Source: Nemertoderma westbladi
Lineage: Eukaryota; Animalia; Xenacoelomorpha
Assembly (NCBI GenBank): GCA_032718475.1
Contig: JAUCBJ010007023.1
Span: 1-34,880 of the forward strand
Reading direction: 5' to 3'
DNA: 34,880 nt
The translations under genes were made by a program, and so were the position numbers. The first letter of the stretch is position 1. Every line of letters begins with the position of its first letter. The notes below the pieces were generated by a model. The model was not told the origin of the DNA and ran no database searches. It saw only the letters and a program-made list of their open reading frames with translations. Positions 1-10,700 of the stretch are shown piece after piece.

Positions 1-2443
1 CATTCTGATACTCCTGAGACTTACCTAGCCAATCTAATTGTCTACAGATCTCCTGAATCTCATCGGAAAACTCGATAATTCCGCTGCTAATAAACTTTCG
101 GGGCGCTACCAACTTTGCATACAAATACCCAGCGATGTTATTCCTATTACCATACCTGATGTTTAGTGTATCCCAAACTTGTCTTAATCCGTCTGGATGT
201 CCAATAAACTTTAACGCCATTAACTTGGGAGATCCTTCCAAGCACTCGATGAGGTATCTAAGTTTTTCTCCATTAGATAGTACAGAGTTCTGTATGTTAT
301 CTTTGTAATATTCATTAAAAGGTAATCATTTCATCTCATCTCCATTGAACTTGACGATCTCTTCCACCTTTACCGCTTGCCGGGCTTCGGTTCTAGCCAT
401 TTGACGCGTAAAACTTTCTTGGGCCATCGTGTTATTTAATATCGAGTTATCGGTATATAAATTTCTCGGATTATGTTCAGTTCTATAGGGAATGTCATTA
501 TCAACAGGTCTATAATTACCCTTAATAGGGTTTACTATAGGAGTTTCTACTTCGCTAGCAGTATATATGCGTGTAGGCTCCACACCTTGCGCATGAGATA
601 CTTCAGACCTAACAGGTTGACACATTGTTACAGGGGGTGGTGGTATACCCCTTTGTGTATTTACTAATTTATCGCTTTCTAGCGCGATACTTTGCTGCAC
701 TTCTTGCAACTCAAGCCTACTTTCCCTTACTGTGCCCTTGAATTGCTGAACCGTCTCCTGCATCTGCCCGAGCAGGAGATCCATCCCCCGCCGTCTCTCG
801 TCTACCCATTCGACCGCCGAAGCGGGAGTCGCCAACGTTGTAGCAAGCGGACGAGGGACCACGGGCGACAAATCAGGAATATTTCGCTCGGGGTCCAGGA
901 CCTGAACTGTCTCCTGGGCAGTTCTACGGGGCACAGGTAGCTTAGTGCTATGCAGAGGGAATTTAGAGGTAGTTTTAGGGAGCACAGATGTGTCTATCAC
1001 CGAAGGGGTGATTTCAAGAACAGGCCTAATTATTTCAGGCTCATCTACTATAGTAGGGAGTCTTCCTATTTTAATTATTTGGTCTGTGGGTTCTGTACTA
1101 CCTAAGTTGGTGTTATTTAGTTGCCTTCTAACAGCTGGAGGCAAATCAGGCAATTTCTGACGGTGGAATGTTCTTTTACGTCTGCTTAGACGAGATCTAT
1201 TTCCTTTGCCTTCAGTATCGGTGGTATCGCCTTCCTCAGATGATGTATATCCCCGTCTTTTGGGAGTAGATCGATTCATCATCTGCATATTACTAGCTGT
1301 TAACTGTTTATTTATGCAGTCTTGATTCTCCTGAATGTTTTCCAATTCTAATTGGATGGTTTCTTCAGCCGCTCTCCGTTCTGCTTCTGCCACTGCCTCT
1401 GCCGCTTTTCTCTCCGCTTCGGCCGCTGCCATTGCCGCCTTTCTTTCTGCTTCTGCCGCTTTTGCCTCTGCTGCTGCCTTTGCCGCTGCCGCTTTTCTTT
1501 CAGCTTCGGCCGCTTTTGCCTCTGCCGCTGCCTCTGCCGCTGCCGCTTTTCTTTCTGCTTCTGCAGCTACCACTGCTGCTTTCTTTCTGTCTTCTATGCG
1601 TTTTTTCTTTACTTGCTCTTCTTGGACTCGTGTCAGGCGGAGTTGTTCATCAAATTTAGCCTGATTCGCAGCCCTCATTTCCACATCGATGGCATCCAAC
1701 ACAAGCTTGGTTCCTTCACTATTAGGGCTAAGTCCCTCTAACCTTCTCCTCAACTCGTCATCACCTAAAAAACGTTGATAGTCTGACAGATAGATGTCAA
1801 TGGCATCCCTCTTATGCGGTTTCTCTGCCGTCGCTTCACTTTCCACTTGGGAAAAAGTAGCGTCTGTTGATTCTCCATGGGTTGAGCGCTCCTCCAGCTG
1901 AGCTTTCCACTGAGCTGTTCCTTGAACCTGGAGACTCACTCTTTGAAACCAAGTCTTTACGGCAACTTGCAACGACGTGTCTTGCCTTCGTTTAGAAGCC
2001 TCCTCAAAGGCCGATAATATTAGCCTGATTCATAGAATTCTTTCTCTAACTTGATAAAGCAGTTGTCCCTGCTCTTGAGGTCCTTGTGGTTGTTGAAACA
2101 GTTGTCCTTTTACTCGCTCCATGGAGCTGAAGAATCCCTGTGCGTAAACGGCTGCGGACCTCTTCCACACAGCTGGATCGATGGTTTCCTTGGCTACTCC
2201 CATCCAGTGTATGTCTTCCCAGGCAGCTTCTGATAAATCAAACGGGAGTCCGGGTCTGGGGAAGTTCCATTGCGACTCGACCATGGACTTCAGTTCTTCC
2301 CTTGTGTATCCAGCATAACTATCTCTAGTTGAACGCTGGCTTCTCGCCCAATCGATCTGGTGTTCTTCCACAGCGATCAATAACCTAGTGAGTACGGCTG
2401 CAGGAAGGATGAGAAGGGGATCCGAATAAACCGCATCCATCAT
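1..2443 (-). pseudogene. BEL/Pao retrotransposon gag (element BEL-1), interrupted by two in-frame TGA codons and continuing past the left window edge
   Basis: ORFs 2030..2443 and 326..1972 are in one frame, separated only by TGA at 2030-2032. Reading through the TGA at 326-328 gives KFNGDEMK*LPFNEYY...EKLRYLIECLEGSPK...QVWDTLNIRYG, the BEL/Pao gag capsid-like (DUF1759-type) pattern. The frame stays open to the window edge. Confidence 0.85.
1365..1580 (-). repeat. Coding tandem repeat, Ala/Glu/Lys-rich (AEAERKAAA / AEAKAA), likely coiled coil within the BEL-1 gag
   Basis: Repeated gccgct/tctgct units on the plus strand; the repeat is visible in the 326..1972 translation. Confidence 0.85.
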
Positions 2444-2551
2444 CTTTGCTCCGCGTTCTGGTGTCAGTTCTACAGTATCCTCACTACTGGAGCTGTTGGG
2501 CCGTTGAGAAGTAATTTCTGGGCTCGCGGGTTGTTGCTGTTCCGCTGCTTC

Positions 2552-3353
2552 TTGGTCTTTCTGTCCTGAGCCAGGAGAGAACGGCTTGTAAATATTTTGT
2601 GCTTTTCTGTTTTAGTCTAACACTAGTAGGCTTAATTATAAGGACATACATCCGTTATTGTTCGCGCTTTTAGACCTTTGGCAGTTTAACCCGGCAAATT
2701 AGGATGTCTTCTAGATAATAAATCACTTTTAGCCTATGACAAGAATTTAATTCACTACACTAGTCGAAACCAATCTGTGCGCGATCATTCACCCGCTGGA
2801 TATACCCGGGAGATTGGGTTCGACGGCTTAATCTTATTGCTATGTAAGCTTAATGTATTATTCGACTGACAGTATTATATAATCTCTGACAATATTATTC
2901 ACCTTCGGGGAATATTAACAGTTCCTTTAGGACGTGGCGCTCTATCTATATAAACAGAGTTACGACTTAAACTACTCACAACGATATGGCTTAGTTATAA
3001 TTCACATATATGGCGCATTCTTTAGGAAATGCTTCGTTATCAGTCTCACTCATACACAATGCTGCACAATACTGCACACTGATCTGCCGATCTTCACTGA
3101 TTTTAGTTATATATAAAAGGAACACGGACTGACTCATGTAGGGTCTATCAAATAACATTAGATTCACTTCAAACCACTTTAACATAAGTCACAATCGTTA
3201 TATGTAACCTTTCTCTCTTACCTTCGGTATATCAAGAATATTGGGTTTCGGGGTTATTTATCGTTATTCCAAATATAATAATTCATCAACCATATTATGA
3301 AGAAACAAAATATTTCCAAGCCGTTCTCTCCTGGCTCAGGACCGAAAGACCAA
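2552..3353. repeat. 49-bp inverted repeat (arms 2552-2600 and 3305-3353) bracketing the BEL-1 5' leader
   Basis: ttggtctttctgtcctgagccaggagagaacggcttgtaaatattttgt matches the reverse complement of 3305-3353 at 47/49 positions. Confidence 0.95.
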
Positions 3354-3366
3354 CAACACTGAAAAC

Positions 3367-3833
3367 TGATAAGAATAACCTTATTTACAGAAGCTTCCAC
3401 CCACCACAGAGAAAGAGCATACAGATAGGAAAATTCAGTTCAGTAGATCTGTGATAGGTCGAAATCAAAATCAACTCAAATCCTATTGGCAGATACAGAA
3501 AGCAGGGCTGTGGGGCAACTTTCCCAAGCTGGTTGGACAATCAAACGTAGCCCAGATCCCTTCACACAGCGAATCAGCCAATCAGCCGGCAGCCTGCGCT
3601 ATTCGAGCTATAGATCCCTTTTTAGAGTATTCCAGCGCCTGGGGGGAACTGGTTAGCAAGGCAAACGAATCAGTTATCCCACAAAAGCTTTTACACCAAA
3701 CACTGAAACAGCCAATAAGAAGTTAAGGAAGAGACGAGTTGGTATACACGCTGTATACCGGTATCCAGATATCAAATAGGCCCTAATATTACTGGTATTC
3801 CTGTGTTAAAGAGTTCCCAAGTACTGCATTACA
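3367..3833 (-). promoter_or_regulatory. Probable 5' LTR/promoter region of BEL-1 (boundaries tentative)
   Basis: Lies upstream of the minus-strand gag leader and has CCAAT boxes in both orientations (~3485, ~3579, ~3712). Possible TG...CA ends on the minus strand. The second LTR is outside the window, so the ends cannot be confirmed. Confidence 0.35.
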
Positions 3834-4160
3834 GCATTACGCCTATATTCTATAGGCCTACTAACTGCAGTACAAAAGTATAATACAGTAATATAAATAT
3901 ACAGTAGGCCACCCTTATATATATCAGCTAGTAATATTCTATTATTAGTAGTCGATGGTGGTACATGGTTTTTGGGTATATAATCCTGTAATCCTATTAT
4001 TTACTATTATTAGTATATAGTACATTATATGTATATGGTTAGGTTTATTTTACCAGTACGTACGTACATGGTTAGTCTGCCGTTTTTTCTGTATTCCGAT
4101 ATTTTACAATCTACAGATTTTTGATTTAGGCAGTAAAGAAATTTAAACCTTTATATAATA

Positions 4161-7100
4161 ATGGCAGCCACGTCAGTCAGTTCCAGTTCTCGCAAACGAC
4201 TGAAACCGACAGAGACCCTGGAATCAGACTATGAGAAAAGCAAAGTAGTATTGGACGAATTGTATCATACAACTACAGATGATCTCAATACTTTAGAGGA
4301 AGTGGAGGAACATGTTGCCTCCCTTAAAGAGAGCAAAAAGTGTCTAAATCGTATATGGGTGGAACTAGATGCACGGTATAAGAAGGTAGGTGCAATCCAA
4401 AAAAAAAGTAAACTTTATGAGGATTTTTTAGAGATGAGACAGTTCTTCAATGTAACCATTAACCATTTATCGATCCATCAGAAGAGTTTAGGTGGTGATA
4501 AAAGTATATCACCCGAAGAGTCCAATCTTGATAGCCTCTCTCAACTTAGTGTATCCGATAAAGTTCAAAACTATATTGACCATAATGTGCCGCCAGTACC
4601 TATAGTAGAGGGCAGATATGGAAATATTCAACCTACAGATATGGTAGCACCATCATATGAAACCCCTGTCAATAGTGTTAGTACATCCTGGCCTTGGCAA
4701 CATACAGTGCCACCCAGCAGCAACTTCATGGAACCACAAAGTATGTCGAATTTGAGTCTTGTTAACGCCCAAATATTTAGTCCAATAAACACTACAAGTT
4801 GTGGACCTACTGTAAGTTTCCATGGTGTTGGCTCTCCTTTAAGTTCAGTTATAGTGAGCCACCCTCCTGCAGTGCGAATCGGAGGGATCAGTAATTCTCC
4901 TATGACATTGGTAAGTTCTTCAGAGTCTTTGCCACTGACCTCACAACCTTATTTTCCTATCCAGTATCAGAATTCTGCATATACAACAAGTAACCCCAAT
5001 ATTACGACAGTGACAGGTAATACTTTTAGTTTTTCGAATCCAACTCCCCATATTTTAAATCCAACAGCCCAGCATTACCAACCCATCAACAAAACTGCTG
5101 CACTAAGACCACCTCATCCTACTTGTCCCATAAGAGATCTAGATGTATCAGCCCAGTACCTAATTCGAAAAGATCTGTTAGAGAAATCTGAGGATCCCTA
5201 TAGTGGGGAGCCTCATATGTTTTGGTCCTGGGCAACTCTCTTAGAAAACAAGCTTGCAGGGATTCAATTGTCACCATTAGACCATATCCAATTTATCAAA
5301 GCAAATACAACGGGGGAGCCAAAAAAGTTAATTGATCGATTTATGAGCTCCAGTAGATCCGATGCACTAAGTACACTAACTAAAATGTGGAATGAAATGG
5401 TCCACCGCTTTGGTTCTGGTCCCCAGGTAGCCAAAGCACTCAGAGAAAGAATAGAACAATTTAAGGCTATTAATAGTAATGATAAACCTGAACGACTTCG
5501 TACCCTTAGTGATCTCTGTGAGGTTCTACTACTTAATGTAGAAAAAATCCCTGAACTTGGTGACTTACATTTCTCCACAGGGTTAGAGTTAATCAGACGG
5601 AAACTTCCTAACTGGTTAGATAATAAGTGGATCGAGAAAGGTGGTCATTATGAGGCCACCCATGGTCAGCACCCCCCATTTCAATTATTTTGTGAGTTTC
5701 TAGCGTCTCATGCACGAAATCGATGTAACCCACATTTTCTTCCGAGTTCCAAGTCAACTGTGGTACCAATCGGAGCTAATGCAAATAGTAAGTCTCCAAA
5801 TGGTTATATGGCACGGAACCGGTTCTCATATCCACATGAGCGTCCATCAACTACCTTTAAAACCCAATTCAGAGAACAGTCAGATCAGAGACCAATAGCG
5901 CCAACTCAGAAAGGTTACTGTGAATTTCATCAGTGAAATGGCCATTCTATTAGAGAATGTCACGATTTTGGAAAATTACCACACAGTGGTAGAATTGATT
6001 TTCTAGAGCATAATAGGTTATGTTTCAGGTGCCAAGGTCACCATTACAAAGACCAGTGCCGACAGAGGGTATCATGTACTACATGTAAATCAACCAAACA
6101 CAATTCCATCATGCATGACTCTGTTGGTCCAAAATCCACAATGTCTTTTGGTAAGCATACATCTACTCCCATTAGTGATGTCAAACAAAGTATAAATACA
6201 AAAGGAGATCCCTCATTAACATCTAAGCCTGATGAACAAAAGCAGACACTGTGTACAGCCCTCTGTAGTGAGGAACCAACCATGTATAGCTTGAGTAAGA
6301 CTTTTTTAGTTGATATAACAATCCCTCACATCTCGGAAAAAACATTACGTGGCTATGCTATCTTAGATGACCAATCCAACTCATCTTATAGTGTTTCAAA
6401 GGTTTTTGATCATTTTGGCATAACTGCTCCTATTCATAATTACTCCACAACCACTCTTAGCCATGCGCAATACCAAGTGTCAGGTCGGATTGGTAATGGC
6501 TTTATAGTAAAAGGTGTAAAGGAACCAGTAGCATATTCACTACCTGCCCTATATGAAAACGATGGTATACCGGATGCTAAGTCAGAGGCAGCTACCCCAG
6601 AATTTCTAAATTCGATACCACATATACAAAGGTTTGCGCGTAATTTTATCCCCCATGATGAGAAAGCAGATACCTTATTACTACTTGGCCGGAACTGCGC
6701 TGATCTTATGGTAGATAAAACATTTAATAATATAGTCCCTATTATACATTATACGCCTTTAGGTTGGGCTGCTGTAGGGGAAGTATACTCTAAGCATCAT
6801 AGAGCAGTAGACAAGAAGCTTACACATCAAACATTAAAGATATGTGGGCTGGATCATATGTCTAGCCAAGAGAATTTTCAATCTCCAAAACATTTACTAG
6901 TTCCCGACATTCAACAGGCGATTATAAGAGATTGTTTCGCATCTTTCCCTGATGATGAACAGCAAGGTCCCTCAGTTGAGGACATATTATTTAATGACAT
7001 AATTATAAACAACATAATCGTAAATAGTGATGGGCATCTGGAAACCCCTTTACCCTTCCGAAATGAGAATATCTTACTTCCAGATAATCGCCACGCAGTA

Positions 7101-10100
7101 TATAAGAGAACTTTTAACACCTTATCTAAACTGAAACAAGATCCATGGAAATTGGATCAAGCATTGAGATCAATGGGGAAACATATAAACAATGGTAAGT
7201 TTGTTCCAATTTCACATGAAAATCTTCCTGGTATTAAAGGAAAAGTATGGTATCTTCCAATATTCCCAGTGACTGAACCACAAAAAGGAAAGATACGTCT
7301 TGTTTTTGATAGTTCAGCGAAATACTTTGGCACTAGCCTCAATAAAGAGTTGCTGCAAGGTCCTGATATAAATAATCAGTTACGTGATTGTATTGTCCGT
7401 TTCCGAGAGGGCAAGGTAGCCTTTCATGCAGATATTGAGGCAATGTATTACTGTTTTGAAGTCCGCCCTGAACATCGGGACTTCCAGAGATTTTACTGGT
7501 TTCGTAATAATGATCCATCAGGTGACTTGATTTCATATAATAGTCGTGTCCATTTATTCGGAAATAGCCCCAGTCCTCCTATTCGTATCACCGGTCTACG
7601 TCACACGATCAAACTTGAGGAAATACTCCCTCCACCTGAGGTAGTCGACTATATAGAAAATGGTTTCTATGTTGATGATGGATTGGACAGCTCAGATTCC
7701 ATTGAAACATGTATATCTATATTACAGCAGAGTATAAAGTTGCTCGGTAAATATAACATCCATTTGCATAAGATTGGTTCTAGTGACCCCCAGGTACTTG
7801 AGGCACTGCCTCCTAATCTGCTTCTTCAATCTCCTTCTATATTAGAACTCCAGGAGTCAAACATCCACAAAACCCTTGGGATTACTTGGGATTCTATTCA
7901 AGATTCTTTCAATATAACAGTGACACTACCAGAGAAACCTTTTACAAAACGAGGGATCTTAGGCGTTATCAATTCGGTCTATGATCCAATTGGTGTTGCT
8001 CGTCCTGTAGTTCTTGCAGGACGTATTTTTCAACGAAAAGTAATTCCTCGAAAATCCAACCTTACTGATGACCTCAAGCACTGTGGCTGGGATGATAAAC
8101 TCCCAGAACGATTTAGAGAGGAATGGGTGAACTGGATACAATCCTTAACAGCACTAAATTCCCTCTCAATCCCCCGAGCTTTCAAGCCAAAACACTTTGG
8201 AGAATTAAAATGCCAGGACCTCTGCATATTTTCTGATGCCTCTGAACTTGGTATTGGGTGGGTTACTTATATACGGTCTGTAAACACTGAAAATGAAGTT
8301 TCTGTCATATTTGTATCAGGAAATTCAAAAGTTACTCCTGTCCTAGCTAACACTATGCCAAGACTAGAGCTATGTGCAGCAGTAGACGCTACCTTGGCCA
8401 GCCAATATATTGTAGGGACATTACGAAGGAAACCAAATAATATTATCTTCTTTACTGATAGTCAGGTTGTATTGGGCTATCTTCGGAATAGAACTGCCCA
8501 CTATTTAAAATATATCACTCGTCGAATCCAAATCATCAAGAAGATAAGCCTGCCATCACAATGGTTATACGTGCCCACTGACTTGAATCCAGCTGATATT
8601 GCGTCTCGTCCGGCTACCCCAGAATCTTTACTCTCCTCTGAGTGGCTGCAGGGGCCCCACTTTCTTAGAGAGTCCATAATTCCAGAATTCACTAATACCA
8701 GTGGACAGAGATATCAGGATCTTCCAGAGGAAATTAAGGAATCAGCCACAGAGATAAGAACTTTAAAAGTTATATCAGGCCCTACAACTTTGTTCTCCCA
8801 TCTATATAGCAAATATAATTGGTGTACAATCCAGCGAATTGTCAAAATCGTATTAGGAGCCTGCAAAACCCTGCAAATTAAAGTATCAGGAACGGGAAGT
8901 TCAAATATTGATGATACCCCGGAAGGGGTGTGTAGTCATCTGGTTAAGGAATCCCAGAGGTCACATTTTTCAGATATTGTGAGGTCCCTCCAGGCAGGCA
9001 AAGAATTACCAGATAATCACCCCATTTCTAACCTATCACCCGTTCTAAATTCAAAAGACATTATCCTTGTTGGAGGTCGCCTTAAACACTCTACACTTTT
9101 GTTCAACCAGCGCCATCCTCAGTTGCTCCCAAGTGACCACCCAATTGCGCAATGTATAATCCAACACTACCACCAGAAAAATGGTCATCTGGGTCAACAA
9201 TTAACTCACTCGACCATTCGAGATGCTGGTTACCATATTTTCCGAGGGAAAATGTTAATAAAATCCTTTATCAAGGAATGTATACTATGTCAGCGACTGC
9301 GAGGGCTGATGCAGAACCAAAGAATGGCTGATCTTCCTCCAGATCGTATAGAGACCATTGCACCTTTTACAAGGACTGGAATGGATGTTTTTGGTCCATG
9401 GAATGTGACTGACGGCATAACAACACGCAGAAACTCATCTATTAAGAAAGCATGGGCACTCCTGCTTACCTGCATGGTGAGCCGTGCTGTGCATATTGAG
9501 CTTCTATGCTCCCTGGACACAGCAACTTTAAAAAATGCCCTTCGACGATTCTTAGGTCTTCGTGGCACCTGTGCAAAAGTATTCAGTGATAAAGGGACCA
9601 ACTTTGTTGGTGCCCATAACCAAGACATAGCTACTATTGACTATACCAGTTTAGAGAGGACGCTGGAATTGATGGGTGTAGAATGGGTCTTCAACCCACC
9701 CCATTCTTCACACTTTGGAGGAGTGTGGGAGAGGAAAATTAAAGAAATTCGTAGAATCCTGGACTCAACTGTTCTACTTGCAGGTCCCAGACTGTTAAGT
9801 AGAGATGAATTAAACACAGTCTTAGTGGAAGCTTCTTCCATCATCAATTCAACCCCACTATGGGCCACATCAAGTGATATCAATGACCCCCATCCCCTCA
9901 GTCCATTCATGCTTCTAACTCTGAAAGAGTCACCAACCCAAATACCTTTAGAAGACTTCTCTAAAGAAGACCTCAATGCCTATGGACAACGTCGGTGGCA
10001 ACGAGTCCAATATCTTGCTGACCAGTTTTGGGAACGTTATAAGAAGTTCCATCTAAGTTCCCTTCAAACCCGCCAGAAATGGAAGCGTACCAAACCATCA

Positions 10101-10322
10101 ATAGCAGTGGGTGATATGGTACTCCTTAGGGAAAAACAGTCTCGTCGGTGTCACTGGCCATACGGATTAATCAATGCAGTAAAAGTAAGCAAAGACGGTC
10201 TTGTGAGATCTGCATCTGTTAAAGTCATGAAGACTAATGCAAAGGGTGTAATAAAACTGCATCTGTTCGAACGGCCAATATCCGAAATGGTGCTGCTGAA
10301 ACGAGCTGCTTTAGCTATATAA
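4161..10322 (+). pseudogene. BEL/Pao retrotransposon gag-pol polyprotein (element BEL-2; gag-PR-RT-RNase H-IN) with a single in-frame TGA at 5934-5936
   Basis: ORFs 4161..5936 and 6111..10322 share a frame. Motifs: gag YSGEPHMFWSW...RFG; three Zn knuckles (CEFHQ*NGHSIREC, CFRCQGHHYKDQC, CTTCKSTKHNSIMH); protease AILDDQSNSSY; RT KIRLVFDSSA, ADIEAMY, FYVDD; RNase H IFSDAS, PRLELCAA, NPADIASR; integrase HHCC, GMDVFGP, SDKGTNFVG, GGVWERKI; C-terminal FWERYKK...GDMVLL. Integrase lies after RNase H. Confidence 0.96.
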
Positions 10323-10473
10323 AATTAAGCTACATAAAATTAACTCTATTGAACTATGTGAAGCGTACTTCTTCTAGAGATATCTTTTATATCCGTGTAA
10401 TATCGTGGTGCCTATTCCACCATATTGGTCTGTAGTTTAGGTCTACAACCCATATGGGCGTTTATTATTTGTT

Positions 10474-10700
10474 TCGGTATTATATACCGAGTGGGGAGTG
10501 TACTATTCTTGGAGAATAGTTAGTTAGTCATCAAACTAGTACCCATTTAGAGTGTTTAACATTAGCTAGTTATTTCTACAGTACCTATTTAGAGTGTTTT
10601 ACAACATTAGCTAGTTATTTCTACAGTACCTATTTAGAGTGTTTTACATTATTAGCTAGAGATTTCTACAGTACCTATTGGGAGTGTTTATGTTTACTGG
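10474..10700 (+). repeat. BEL-2 polypurine tract (10489-10498) and start of the 3' LTR (TG at 10499), containing about 3.5 copies of a ~44-46-bp tandem repeat
   Basis: gagtggggag|TGTACT follows the pol stop. The unit cattagctagttatttctacagtacctatttagagtgtttt repeats over ~10540-10690. No matching 5' copy was found, so the LTR end is unknown. Confidence 0.65.

Noticed and set aside
1335-1741. Plus-strand Ala-, Cys- or Leu/Pro-rich ORFs
   Set aside because: Antisense readings of the AEAERKAAA repeat in the BEL-1 gag.
2552-3353. DIRS-type inverted terminal repeats
   Set aside because: The adjacent protein is a BEL-type gag, no tyrosine recombinase is visible, and the arms enclose only non-coding leader.
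5934-5936. Programmed gag/pol readthrough stop
   Set aside because: The stop falls inside the first Zn knuckle rather than at the end of gag, and BEL/Pao elements typically have one continuous ORF.
10323-10498. env-like third ORF in BEL-2
   Set aside because: Only ~175 bp separate the pol stop from the PPT/LTR.
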